A DNA stretch of 64,000 nt from positions 5,353 to 69,352 of the forward strand of contig JAWXCD010000084.1 in the NCBI GenBank assembly GCA_034440535.1, written 5' to 3'. Below the pieces are notes generated by a model. The model was given only the letters and a program-made list of their open reading frames with translations, did no database searches and had not been told where the DNA came from. The translations under genes and the position numbers were made by a program. This stretch comes from Verrucomicrobiota bacterium. Lineage in GTDB: Bacteria; Verrucomicrobiota; Verrucomicrobiia; JAWXBN01; JAWXCD01. Positions 37,554 to 46,815 of this stretch are shown piece after piece (position 1 is the first letter of the stretch; each line of letters opens with the position of its first letter).

Positions 37554-38387
37554 TCACTCGTGACTCTCTCGCACCTGTCTGAAAAGTTGGTTTAATTCCT
37601 CAAGACTATATTCATCCCAAGTCTTCCCTTTTTCCTTAATGTGCGTTTCCAAGAGTCGAAACCGCTTTTCAAATTTACGAACCGCTTTTCTCATTACATC
37701 TTCCGCATCCAGTTTTTCGAATTTCAAAACGTTAACAAATGTAAAGAGCACATCACCCATTTCATCCTCATAGGCCTCTTTATTTCCGGGTTGCACAGCT
37801 TTGAGTTCTCCAAGTTCTTCATATAATTTTTTCTGTGCCTCCTCCACATTTCTCCAAGCGAACCCGACCTTTGCCGCTTTTTTAAGGATCTTTTGAGCGT
37901 ACTGCAAAGCCGGCAGCGATTGAGGAACACCGTCCAATACTGATTCTCTTTTCTCCTTCTTTAGGGAATTCGCTTGTTCCTGCTGTTTGATTGCCTCCCA
38001 TTGTTTTAAAACCCCTTCCGTGTCGTCGAGCTCGATATCTTCAAAGACGTGAGGATGACGCCTGATGAGTTTATTTGAAATTTCATCAACGACCGCGTTA
38101 AAATCAAATCGCGCTGTCTCAGTAGCAATCTGCGAATGAAAAACAACTTGAAGCAACAGGTCGCCCAGTTCCTCCTTTAATGCGGAGTCATCCTGTGAAT
38201 CTATCGCTTCAATGACTTCATAGGTTTCTTCGAGTAAATCCGATTTTACTGACGCATGGGTCTGCTCCCTGTCCCATGGGCACCCCCCCGGAGCACGCAA
38301 TATCGCCACGATTGAGAGTAGCTTTTCGATCCCTTGAAGGGCTGCAAGTTGGGACTGATGTTTGGTCATTGATGAGAATAAAACCAC
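37554..38387 (-). CDS. mazG: nucleoside triphosphate pyrophosphohydrolase MazG
   Basis: 277 aa. 'GGCPWDREQTH' and duplicated 'EE.GD.LF' MazG motifs ('EELGDLLLQVVF', 'DEMGDVLFTFVN'). Confidence 0.9.
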   Translation of the reverse strand: MVLFSSMTKHQSQLAALQGIEKLLSIVAILRAPGGCPWDREQTHASVKSDLLEETYEVIEAIDSQDDSALKEELGDLLLQVVFHSQIATETARFDFNAVVDEISNKLIRRHPHVFEDIELDDTEGVLKQWEAIKQQEQANSLKKEKRESVLDGVPQSLPALQYAQKILKKAAKVGFAWRNVEEAQKKLYEELGELKAVQPGNKEAYEDEMGDVLFTFVNVLKFEKLDAEDVMRKAVRKFEKRFRLLETHIKEKGKTWDEYSLEELNQLFRQVRESHE

Positions 38388-38491
38388 TTTGGAATCATGG
38401 ACAACGTCAAAGTAGAACGGTTCAAGGTCAATATTTTACTTTACGGGTGGAAAAACTTAAGTATTATCCGTTAGATTAAGACTTTATAGAC

Positions 38492-39139
38492 ATGGACAGC
38501 GAATATCTTGACATCAATTCCTGTACGGCAGGACAGCTTCATGAATTTACGGGTATTTCTCCTGACTTGGCGAAAGACATCGTTGATTACCGAGAACAAA
38601 AAGGCGCTTTTTATCATCTGAGCGAGTTGCTTGAAGTCCCTAAAGTTGATTCAAATACTTTTCAAGCTATCTCTGGATGCGAAGTGGGTAAACTCGATGG
38701 GTACTTAACGCGTCATAACATCAAGCGCATTATTAAAAACAAAGAGTGCTCAGCCTTTTCGTTTAAAGATATTGTCGCCCTCATCACAAAAATCCCAACA
38801 ATTAACGGTGCCATAGTGTGTTCAGACGATGGTTTACCCATTGCCATTGACGTTAAAGCCGGGGTGCCCTCCGACAAAATTGCAGCAGCTGTTTCAATGT
38901 GCTATAAACAGTTTTCCGAGAGCGTGAAGGTCATGAATCAGTCATCACTTAAAATGATGACCATGGATATTGAAAATTATACCATTTCCGTATTCCAACA
39001 GCAGAAAATCTTCCTCTTGGTATTGCATAAACCGAGTCAATACTCCACCAAAGCAAACGACATTTGTTCTCAGATTTTGGAAGAAGTCAGCGCAACAGCT
39101 GATACCCAAAAAATTCTTGTTGCCAAATTTCCGAGATAG
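38492..39139 (+). CDS. ComEA-like helix-hairpin-helix domain fused to a Roadblock/LC7 (MglB-like) domain
   Basis: 215 aa with no signal peptide. The N-terminal 'INSCTAGQLHEFTGISPDLAKDIVDYREQKGAFYHLSELLEVPKVDSNTF' is an HhH motif. The C-terminal 'INGAIVCSDDGLPIAIDV...KMMTMDIENYTISVFQQQKIFLLVL' is a Roadblock pattern. Confidence 0.6.
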   Translation: MDSEYLDINSCTAGQLHEFTGISPDLAKDIVDYREQKGAFYHLSELLEVPKVDSNTFQAISGCEVGKLDGYLTRHNIKRIIKNKECSAFSFKDIVALITKIPTINGAIVCSDDGLPIAIDVKAGVPSDKIAAAVSMCYKQFSESVKVMNQSSLKMMTMDIENYTISVFQQQKIFLLVLHKPSQYSTKANDICSQILEEVSATADTQKILVAKFPR

Positions 39140-39327
39140 TTTGTTTTTCAAAAACGCCTTGTGAGTGTGATGTCAAGGATTTTTTACCCAAAAAAATTTA
39201 TAATATAGAGTAAAATTGCTTTCGCAGAGATTATATGCGAACATACATAAAATCGTTGGAAACTGCTCTGCATTTTGGGGTTATAACTTTTTCTTGACCT
39301 CGATGCAACTACGCTTATGAAGGGTAC

Positions 39328-41004
39328 ATGCATCTCGACCAATTACCTCGCCTTGATCTTAGACCTAAGATTTTGGTTCCTTTTATTCTGTCTTTTGTGG
39401 GCGTCATTGTTGTCGCTTTTTTGGCAAAATTGAGCGGTATTCTTGGAAAGCATTTAGAGCTTTCGACAAATAAGCTTTTAGCGAGATTAGCTGAAACTTT
39501 CATCTATTTCGACGAATTGTTCCTCCACCGTGAGTGGGTTCCTTACGCCACCAATCTTATTTTCTTTTTTGGAATGTTCATCCTCATCGTAAAAAATAGA
39601 AATGCCACTCGCCAAAATAAATATGAATGGAAGGGCATTATTCCCCGTAACTTCCACTTCATTTCCCCTCCTCAAGCCGGCGAAGAAGAGATGACTCGCC
39701 ATAAACAAGAAATTGAAAAATTAATCGCAAACATCATGAATAGCGTGGACATCACCAAAATGATGGTCCCAAACCGTATGTGCCGTATCTTGGCTTTCTG
39801 GCAAATCCTACCACACGGAGAACGAGCCATCCATTTCGCAGAAGAAGCTTCCCATCACGATCAACAAATGAACGAGGAGGGTTATATTCTGCCAAAAGCC
39901 CTCATTTGGGCGGTTCCTATCATGGGTTTGTTGGGCACGGTGTACGGGATCAGTCTTGCTATTACAGATTTCAATAAAGTTCTTCAGGCGGCTGAAGACA
40001 TGAGCAAAATTAAAGAATCAATCGGCGGCGTTCTTTTAGGTCTTGGCGTGGCGTTCGACGTCACCCTTCTAGCCTTGTCTGAAGCTACTGTTATCACGTT
40101 GCTCATGGCTTTCTACCGCAGGGACGATGACTCGATGATCCGTGAGACTGACGCCGCCATGCAAGATGAACTTCTTTGTCGTCTCCCTCAGGGTGAAGCA
40201 CATGGCGCGGGTCTTAGCACACCAGACATGAAAGAGGCTATCGAAGGAGCTGTTGCGAAATATTTCCCGAAACCAGAAGATTACGCTCAGGCCTTTGCCC
40301 ATGCTTTTGAACAAGCGGGCACCCATTTAAATGCACAAGTCGACCAAATTCGGGTCAACCTTGGTCATCATTTAGAAGTCCTTGAGAAACAATGGCAACA
40401 GCAAGCGGCGGCTTATGGGCAACAAACTCAGGAGCAAACGAACCAAATGATGGGCACATTGAATGATGGGTTTAGTCGTTTGAATGAAAATTTTAGTTCA
40501 GAAAGCACAAAAGTCGTCGATAACATGGCACAAAATTGGGCAAGGGCTAGTTCCAATCTTTATGACGACATGCAACAAGTCGTAAAACAACTTGTTGAAA
40601 CTGTCGGCAAAGTGGAAATCTCTGCTCAAGAAAATTATTCCCGCATGGTTAAGGAATTAACGGAGGACTTCGCAGAACTTCAACTTGGCAGTTCCACAAA
40701 CGTGGCGGCCATGGAAAAATTGTATACAGAAGTAAACAGGATTTTAGAAGGTCAGAAAGCTTCATTGGAAACAATTACGAGCAAGACAGACGCTCTCAGT
40801 CAGCATACTGACAGATTTGCGGAACTCATTGGTTCCCAAAAAGTGCTTGAGGCTAATCTTGCAGAGATACAAAAAGCGGTCTCGCTTAAAGAAAGCCTTG
40901 ATGCGTTCCGAGCAACACAGGAAGAACTCAAACCGCTTATCAGACAACTCGCTAAACCTCGAAAGATTTTGCTCACTGAAGAAGATTTGCAAAATAGTTT
41001 GTAG
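39328..41004 (+). CDS. MotA/TolQ/ExbB-family channel protein with a C-terminal coiled-coil tail of about 270 aa
   Basis: 558 aa. Four hydrophobic segments. TM3/TM4 carry 'AVPIMGLLGTVYGISLAI' and 'GLGVAFDVTLLALSEATVITLL' (compare ExbB 'GLLGTVWGI'). Residues ~290-558 are Q/E/K/L-rich helical repeats with no TM. Confidence 0.7.
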   Translation: MHLDQLPRLDLRPKILVPFILSFVGVIVVAFLAKLSGILGKHLELSTNKLLARLAETFIYFDELFLHREWVPYATNLIFFFGMFILIVKNRNATRQNKYEWKGIIPRNFHFISPPQAGEEEMTRHKQEIEKLIANIMNSVDITKMMVPNRMCRILAFWQILPHGERAIHFAEEASHHDQQMNEEGYILPKALIWAVPIMGLLGTVYGISLAITDFNKVLQAAEDMSKIKESIGGVLLGLGVAFDVTLLALSEATVITLLMAFYRRDDDSMIRETDAAMQDELLCRLPQGEAHGAGLSTPDMKEAIEGAVAKYFPKPEDYAQAFAHAFEQAGTHLNAQVDQIRVNLGHHLEVLEKQWQQQAAAYGQQTQEQTNQMMGTLNDGFSRLNENFSSESTKVVDNMAQNWARASSNLYDDMQQVVKQLVETVGKVEISAQENYSRMVKELTEDFAELQLGSSTNVAAMEKLYTEVNRILEGQKASLETITSKTDALSQHTDRFAELIGSQKVLEANLAEIQKAVSLKESLDAFRATQEELKPLIRQLAKPRKILLTEEDLQNSL

Positions 41005-41019
41005 CCCAATGATTGTCCA

Positions 41020-41634
41020 ATGATTAGAACCAAGAAAAAGGCAGTTAATAAGTCATTCGGATCTTCCATCCAATTCTTTGTTTTTCTCGACCCCCTTGCA
41101 GCCACTGTGGGGTGTCTCTCCTTTATTTTACTTATTCTAACTCTCACCATAAAACCAAAGGCAACTCCTGTCATTTTAAGCCAGGAACAAATCGCCGGTC
41201 TGGAAATTGACCCAGCCACCATTTTTATCGAAGCTAAACCTGATTCAATTGTTATTCATCCCGACCAATTGGAAATTCCATTGGATCATATCTTCTACGA
41301 TTCTGACGCTTTGAGCCCACTTAATTCGAAGATTGAAGCCATGTACGATCAGACAAAAAAACCCGTTCCCATGATGGTTTACATGCGAAACAACAGCCTT
41401 TCAACTTACAATCAGTTTCGCAATTCGATCGACATCCCTAAAGTCAACTTGACCTACGAACAATTGCCAGATTCGGTGAAGGTATTATCCGCATTACTTC
41501 CAGACGAAAGCATAGCTGCCAAGGAAAAGAAAATAAAAGAACTGATACAAGAGGGTATCGATTTTAGGAAAACAAATAAACCAGCGGTCGTCCCGCCCAA
41601 AAAAATGGAAGAACCTAATATTGCCCCTGAATAA
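41020..41634 (+). CDS. ExbD/TolR-like bitopic protein (N-terminal TM with Asp), divergent C-terminal domain
   Basis: 204 aa. A basic N-terminus, then 'IQFFVFLDPLAATVGCLSFILLILTL' (compare ExbD/TolR 'P.iDv..vLLifF'). Starts 15 nt after the MotA-like gene. Confidence 0.5.
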   Translation: MIRTKKKAVNKSFGSSIQFFVFLDPLAATVGCLSFILLILTLTIKPKATPVILSQEQIAGLEIDPATIFIEAKPDSIVIHPDQLEIPLDHIFYDSDALSPLNSKIEAMYDQTKKPVPMMVYMRNNSLSTYNQFRNSIDIPKVNLTYEQLPDSVKVLSALLPDESIAAKEKKIKELIQEGIDFRKTNKPAVVPPKKMEEPNIAPE

Positions 41635-41640
41635 TCCAAT

Positions 41641-42321
41641 ATGAGTGCGTCAGAAGGAGGAAAAGATGAAATAGAGGATTATTTCCAGACGTTTGTGGAC
41701 GTATTCTGCAACATCGTCGGTGTCCTCGTTTTCATTATTCTTTTTATTTCATTAATGATCAGTCAAACAACAGTGGCTGTAGTCGCGCCTCGAAATGTAC
41801 CTAGGAAAGCCCCCCCATCTGCCTACCTCGAATGTGATAACCAAAAAACCTATTTTATAGATGTCGCTTTCATTATGGAGGCTATTCAACAAGTGAATGT
41901 GAAAGTGAGCACACTTGCCCCCAACCTTCCCCCAGAGGAACTTTTATTCGAGGCGGACAATGCGATTCACCAAGCTGAATTTGACACTCTAAGCTACAGT
42001 GTGGATAAATCTAAAATACAATTAGCTATCATCGAAGTGAGGAGAAAGGATGTGGCCCACCCAGTCCCGATCATGGACCATTTGAACCCTGCACTAGTGG
42101 AAAAAACTAAAGAGTTTGATGCCTTTATGGCGGCCCTCGATAAAGTCAAAAAAGAAAACGGGTATTTATATTTTATAGTTCGACCAAAATCCTTGGACTA
42201 CTTCAATATACTACGCGACAAATTACAGGCTGACGGGTATCTTGTGGGATGGGAATTGAGACAAAAGGAAGATACACCTATTCGAATATCTTCTTCAAGA
42301 TCAGTAAAGGCAAATAAATGA
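41641..42321 (+). CDS. second ExbD/TolR-like bitopic protein, divergent C-terminal domain
   Basis: 226 aa. 'YFQTFVDVFCNIVGVLVFIILFISLM' is a TM segment with Asp at its N-terminal end. 6-nt gap to the preceding gene. Confidence 0.5.
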   Translation: MSASEGGKDEIEDYFQTFVDVFCNIVGVLVFIILFISLMISQTTVAVVAPRNVPRKAPPSAYLECDNQKTYFIDVAFIMEAIQQVNVKVSTLAPNLPPEELLFEADNAIHQAEFDTLSYSVDKSKIQLAIIEVRRKDVAHPVPIMDHLNPALVEKTKEFDAFMAALDKVKKENGYLYFIVRPKSLDYFNILRDKLQADGYLVGWELRQKEDTPIRISSSRSVKANK

Positions 42322-43430
42322 ACCAACCTGCTGCACCTCCATCCAGTATGGTTCTAAAGATTTCTATCGCTGGGGCAGCTCTCCTTCTTCTCTGCCTTGG
42401 GGGTTACTTTGGCTATAAATGGATCGAAAAATACCGTGGTGTCGTAAGTACGGTTAACACAGTGAAAGGAGTTTCAACCCCAACGACTGGCAAAATCGAC
42501 GTCCCTTTTGATCCCAAACTTTTGAAACTAGTTCTAGGTGATGACGAACTTGCCGAAGCGGTACTGTCGCTCATTGATAAGTACAGTCGAGAAGGCAAAA
42601 ATTTGTTATCCGAGGAAGGCGTCGCCGTGGTTGTCATGATGCTCCCAGGCAAAAGGGAGTCCATTACGATGAGTATTTTGGGCGCTGAGAGCATCTATAC
42701 CGAAAAAGTTCTTGCAAAAGGGTATTTTGAGGAAAGTTTACCGCCGAACATATTTGAACGGGTTAAAGATGCCTCCAACTTGTTTGGCCGAGAAATGAAT
42801 TTCCACAGTCTCGACCCCAAAGAAAAAGCTGAGTTGGAGCAAATATATTTGCAAGCTAAAGAAGGCAACATGGACCCCACAGCTAAATTTTTTGAAGCCC
42901 CGCATAAGTTTGGAGTTATTTTGCCGAACCCAAAGTCCGTTGTGAAAGGGAGCTTGGGAAATGATCTTGAAACTCTCGCTGGCTCGGGCTTAATTTCATA
43001 CAGGCAACCGACCACATTTTCCCTTCGTGCGGTCTGTACTGACGAGGACGCCAGTCGAAGAGTGGCAGACTTCGCCGACACAGTCAAAAAGTTAGCGCTC
43101 ATCAAACTTGGTGATGGAGCGAATCAGGACTCACGAGTTAACAATCTTTATACTCAGTTTAATAGTTCCGAGATCTCCACTAAGGGTCGTGTCTTTCAAA
43201 TAAAGGGGGTGCTCCCCCCTGAAATTACAAGTAGGGGTATTGCCAGTGTACCCAAATTTACCGACCGCCTTTCAAAAGCTCAGAAAGGGCTCGAGGTTCG
43301 GGACGCATCAAATATGGTATCCCCTCGCAAGACTTCAGCAGGACATTTGATCATTGATGGAGCAAAAGACTCTGGAACCAATGCTATTGATGACGGTATA
43401 CCTATTCCATCAACTCAAACGACGCCTTGA
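42318..43430 (+). CDS. bitopic membrane protein of unknown function (last gene of the MotA-like operon)
   Basis: 370 aa. ATGA overlap with the preceding gene. One TM segment, 'ISIAGAALLLLCLGGYFGY'. No Pro-rich spacer, TonB C-terminal motif or OmpA-like motif seen. Confidence 0.5.
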   Translation: MNQPAAPPSSMVLKISIAGAALLLLCLGGYFGYKWIEKYRGVVSTVNTVKGVSTPTTGKIDVPFDPKLLKLVLGDDELAEAVLSLIDKYSREGKNLLSEEGVAVVVMMLPGKRESITMSILGAESIYTEKVLAKGYFEESLPPNIFERVKDASNLFGREMNFHSLDPKEKAELEQIYLQAKEGNMDPTAKFFEAPHKFGVILPNPKSVVKGSLGNDLETLAGSGLISYRQPTTFSLRAVCTDEDASRRVADFADTVKKLALIKLGDGANQDSRVNNLYTQFNSSEISTKGRVFQIKGVLPPEITSRGIASVPKFTDRLSKAQKGLEVRDASNMVSPRKTSAGHLIIDGAKDSGTNAIDDGIPIPSTQTTP

Positions 43431-43457
43431 TTTATCCACAATAACCTAACTCCAGAG

Positions 43458-46400
43458 CTAACGCCGTGGGGTTACTTTAGCTGGTGGCGGTGGAGTCGAG
43501 GGATTGGGTGTGGTTTTTTCCCCTCCCTTCAGAATCTCTTGGAACCTTGAAAAGGCACGTATGTTATTAAATCGCCCATCACTGGCAGCTTGTTGTGCAA
43601 AAGGCAGTCCTCCAATACTGATCGCTCGTTCCAAGGCATCCAACGCCTTTTCCCCATTTAACATGGCGCTATGAATAACTGCCAGATTGTACCACACGCC
43701 GGGATTTTTCGGATCCCTCTTGGTTAAAGCGTTCAAGATTTCAAAGACCATGGTAATATTCCGCATTTCTTCGTATTGTTTGGCGAGTTCAAGATAACTT
43801 TGCAATGGAAAATCAGACCTTCCAATAAGGTCTCTTATAGTGGCGTCCATTAAATCCACACGGCCACGCTGGTAATAAATCCCAACCAACTCTCTATAAG
43901 AATTCCAATCACTTTTATTGTTTTCGATAGCCTTCAAAAGCTCGCCTTGCCTTTGAGCTAATTGGGATTGTCTAATCGTCATCGCTATATTTTCATCAAT
44001 TTTACGATTTTCGGGATCGTGCTTTTTGGTTTCTTGCAACACCTGAATAGCAAGTTGAAATTTTTCCTGCTTCGTGAGCATGTCGCAATAACGAAAGGCG
44101 GATTCGGTACTAAAAGGGCACAACTCCAACGACTGGCGGTATGCGTAATCTGCCTCCTTATACATCTTTCGATATTGATAAAGCCCAGCGATGGAAACCC
44201 TGAGTTTCGAAAAAGCTTTTTTAGCGACTTCATCCCTTTGAAATAATGGATCTCCGAGCAATTTATTGGTGTACTCATTCCAATAGTTCATATCACGCTC
44301 CACCATTTCGGGGGTAATTTCCTTTAACGGGTCTTTATTAATTTTCATACAAAGACCGAAGGGTTCAAGGTATGGGTACATCCACCCCAAAGGAAAACTT
44401 TCTTCAACGTAAAAAGAATGTGAATGTTTATTCTTTTCCCAAATCCACTGGGCCAATATCCCATTAATGGCAAAAACGCCCTCAATCCCGACAATCGAAA
44501 CTCGCCCATCCGGGCTTACGATGATCCCTGGCGCCATCGCTGGGTTTTGCTGATACAACTGAACATAAGATTTGAACGCCTCCTCGCCATCTTTGGCTTC
44601 AGGAATCCAAATTGGTTTTTTAGGGTACATCTTATCGCGTCCCAATAATTTTTGAAGAGGCCTGTCATTGGCAGGACGCTGATAGCCATAATGGTCCCTG
44701 ATGTAACTCATGTAAGTATCATCTGCCAATGCGTTTTGAGTAATAATATAAAGGTCTCTCCGGTCGAATTCCTTTTCCCTTGGATTTCTCGCAATCTTAT
44801 CCATTTTCCATTTTGGATTTTGGAAGCTTTCCGAAAAAATCATATAGGTGGGAACAAATCGTCCAGGGTCAGTTCCCCCATAAAAGACCGCATCTTTATC
44901 GCAATTAATCAGCATGTCGTAACCATATTGCCAACCAAAATCGTGCCCTTTTTGCTCTGCGGTACTCCAGTTATAATAAGCCGGTAATGCCGCGAGAGAT
45001 ACGGCTAGTGCGGGATGAATAAATTCTAACTCATTCACCAAGATAAGGTAGAAGGCGTACATTAACCCATACCCAATAAACATCCCGAAAATACAATGAC
45101 TTTGAAGGAAAAATACCTTGTTAACCCATATTGTTTGGCGATCAGTATCCCCTCCCAACATGGCCATGAGCACAAAGCTCAATAGAGCAAAGTTAAAAAT
45201 GAGAAAAACAAGCCAATACATGCCTTTTCTATCTACTTTAAATATGAAAAAGAGTGGAACAACAGCAAAGAGGCAAAGAAGAAAGGAAAAGTTTTTTGTT
45301 AAATCCCTCAAATACAAACCCACTCGCAAGGAAAACTCGTTGAGCTTCTGGATGCTCGTATTTTTTTTCGCTATAGGATTGGCCGGACTCTTTGTAAAAG
45401 TTGTCCACCCCGCTACGCCTTTGATCGTATTAGCTAAATTGTTCTCGTACTGACCGCGGTTGATGGCGTGAAAAAAACCTTTTTGAATACTCCCATATCC
45501 CCAGTTCATTGGGGGATTTGTGGCGGAAGAGTAATGGATGTACCCGTATACGAGTAAACCAAGCCAACCCGAAATAAATAAAGTGGCCACCACATGGTGT
45601 TTCCGGTCTTTTAACGCATAAAGACCAAGGGATACAGCCACCAAGAATCCAATAATCCACAGAGCAACCGTTGTTTTGAATTTTAAGGCCGCCTCGATGA
45701 GCCCTTGAAACTCCGGGGAGTTCATGGGAGGTGAGCTAAATCGAAGGGTGAGATCAAACTTATTAACGTAAGTCACATGTAAGAGAAAGAGGGCCAGTGA
45801 CCCTACAATGATTGCAAAATATACGGGATCAAAAATAAATGGCGTAGATTTCGTTTCTACTTTTTCAGGAGTCAGTGGCGGGAGAGTCGTTTCTTCATCC
45901 AGCATGTCCGCAAAAAAACCTTCAAAAAATCTCAGGGCAATCAACACGCCAATAAGCATCAGCAAAGCAAGAAAGAGGAGTGCAAAGCAGATTGTTAAAA
46001 GAACCCAGTCTGAAGAGTAATAACAAAAAACAACCAGACCTGAGGCCGATATCAGAACTGAAAAAAGGAAAAAATAGGGGAAAAACTTTCTGTCGACGAG
46101 GAACACGGCCACTAAAATGGCAGGGAACGCGAAAAGTATGGTCTGATGGTTAGTCAATCCCAAGCCAAAACAAAAAGCCAACGCGTATAAAAAATAATAT
46201 TTTTCAGGGTGTTGAGTCCATTTATATAAAAAATAAAGCATTAACGCCAGAAACAGAGCGTTGAGCGTGTACACCTCAGCGATCACAGCTTGCGACCACA
46301 TGACATCTGTAAACGCGAGAATAAGTCCTGCCGCAATGGACGAATATCGAATGGCTGTGGCCATAAAAAGCCGCCCTTTAGCATCAAGTTTATGAAGAAC

Positions 46401-46769
46401 CCTTGATAAAACGACACGACCAGAGGAAAAGGTTACTGTAGATAGTATTCCGATCGCCAACGCCCCATAGACGGCCGAACTTAAATTGATTCGCCAAGCT
46501 ATGTTTCCATAGGGTATGTGACTAAAAAACCACCCAAAAATGGTCCAACTGGGGTACCCCGGAGGGTGTGGCACCCCAAGATAATGAGCTGCCGTAATAA
46601 ACTCCCCGGAGTCTTCCAACGTAACACTGGGTGCTAGTGTGATTAAATAGACTAGAAACGAGATAAGCGTTGTGACCGTAAAAACAAACCAAGGTGTATG
46701 ATAAAACCGAAGCCAATGGTGGGATAGATTTGTCAAAATAGAGGGAGGAGGGTTTGAATGGCTGTTCAT
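43458..46769 (-). CDS. DUF2723-family GT-C glycosyltransferase (TMEM260-like) with C-terminal TPR repeats
   Basis: 1103 aa. Family signature 'TLEDSGEFITAAHYLGVPHPPGYPSW'. More than 12 TM segments. The C-terminal ~300 aa are TPR-like ('EADYAYRQSLELCP', 'WYNLAVIHSAMLNGEKALDALERAI'). Confidence 0.75.
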   Translation of the reverse strand: MNSHSNPPPSILTNLSHHWLRFYHTPWFVFTVTTLISFLVYLITLAPSVTLEDSGEFITAAHYLGVPHPPGYPSWTIFGWFFSHIPYGNIAWRINLSSAVYGALAIGILSTVTFSSGRVVLSRVLHKLDAKGRLFMATAIRYSSIAAGLILAFTDVMWSQAVIAEVYTLNALFLALMLYFLYKWTQHPEKYYFLYALAFCFGLGLTNHQTILFAFPAILVAVFLVDRKFFPYFFLFSVLISASGLVVFCYYSSDWVLLTICFALLFLALLMLIGVLIALRFFEGFFADMLDEETTLPPLTPEKVETKSTPFIFDPVYFAIIVGSLALFLLHVTYVNKFDLTLRFSSPPMNSPEFQGLIEAALKFKTTVALWIIGFLVAVSLGLYALKDRKHHVVATLFISGWLGLLVYGYIHYSSATNPPMNWGYGSIQKGFFHAINRGQYENNLANTIKGVAGWTTFTKSPANPIAKKNTSIQKLNEFSLRVGLYLRDLTKNFSFLLCLFAVVPLFFIFKVDRKGMYWLVFLIFNFALLSFVLMAMLGGDTDRQTIWVNKVFFLQSHCIFGMFIGYGLMYAFYLILVNELEFIHPALAVSLAALPAYYNWSTAEQKGHDFGWQYGYDMLINCDKDAVFYGGTDPGRFVPTYMIFSESFQNPKWKMDKIARNPREKEFDRRDLYIITQNALADDTYMSYIRDHYGYQRPANDRPLQKLLGRDKMYPKKPIWIPEAKDGEEAFKSYVQLYQQNPAMAPGIIVSPDGRVSIVGIEGVFAINGILAQWIWEKNKHSHSFYVEESFPLGWMYPYLEPFGLCMKINKDPLKEITPEMVERDMNYWNEYTNKLLGDPLFQRDEVAKKAFSKLRVSIAGLYQYRKMYKEADYAYRQSLELCPFSTESAFRYCDMLTKQEKFQLAIQVLQETKKHDPENRKIDENIAMTIRQSQLAQRQGELLKAIENNKSDWNSYRELVGIYYQRGRVDLMDATIRDLIGRSDFPLQSYLELAKQYEEMRNITMVFEILNALTKRDPKNPGVWYNLAVIHSAMLNGEKALDALERAISIGGLPFAQQAASDGRFNNIRAFSRFQEILKGGEKTTPNPSTPPPPAKVTPRR

Positions 46770-46815
46770 GAGAGAGTCAAAGGTAAAAAAGCCTGCTTAT
46801 CCCGTCAAGCACCGC

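Noticed and set aside
39328-43430. Classifying the MotA-like cluster as a Zorya defence system
   Set aside because: There is no ZorB-like peptidoglycan-binding domain and no ZorC/ZorD (or ZorE/F/G) type nuclease or helicase gene. The tail is also much shorter than a typical ZorA tail. Only the general architecture is analogous.
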